Assembly: GCA_025603075.1 (NCBI GenBank)
Contig: MU626466.1
Location: 1 to 33,609 of the forward strand
DNA length: 33,609 bases
DNA from: Neoconidiobolus thromboides FSU 785
Taxonomy: Eukaryota > Fungi > Entomophthoromycota
Reading direction: 5' to 3'
Part shown: positions 33,406 to 33,609 of the stretch, piece after piece
Position numbering within the stretch: the first letter of the stretch is position 1
Layout: every line of letters starts with the position of its first letter
Program-made: the position numbers and the translations under genes
The notes under the pieces: model-generated
What the model was told of the DNA's origin: nothing
The model's input: the letters and a program-made list of their open reading frames with translations, nothing else
Database searches by the model: none

Positions 33406-33609
33406 AAAACAAAAGTACCCAAACACAGTTCTAAATCATTCTATTATAGCTCATACTGTAAGTTACTTGAATTTCTACTAGATCTTAAATACATGTTCTT
33501 ATAAAGCTTAATTGAGAAATATTTATTATCAACTGCTTTATAACCAACATTGTAGATTTATTATCAAATAAATAAACTATTTTAATGTTGTAATTACATT
33601 ATTAATATA

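Overview
Very AT-rich eukaryotic nuclear DNA with short GT-AG introns and fungal gene content. An early-diverging fungus, possibly Conidiobolus/Entomophthoromycota-like, is my inference from composition and gene families, not a database match. Supported genes: a divergent intronless profilin; a 9-exon REX1/RNH70-type DEDDh RNA exonuclease; two tandem 5-exon universal-stress-protein (USP)-like genes; an intronless F-box/LRR-like gene; a GH72+X8 GPI-anchored glucanosyltransferase; a 4-exon LigE/etherase-like GST; three tandem small secreted Cys-rich paralogs (one intact, one pseudogene, one Cys-depleted); a bHLH factor with a Cys/His-rich N-terminus; a P450 pseudogene; and a secreted GH18 chitinase. 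The main structure not explained by genes is a ~97-bp foldback MITE-like element found 17 times (about one per 2 kb), always outside the intact genes. It has ~15-bp TIRs (GGGGATGTWTTTTTG) and copy-specific 4-bp direct flanks ATAT, AATT or ATTT (AWWT, the preference reported for Sola1 transposons). It shows CpG decay and forms one tail-to-tail doublet whose arms share a private variant. Several low-confidence F-box/LRR relics fill intergenic space. No tRNA, rRNA or CRISPR array was seen. All alignments and translations were done by eye.
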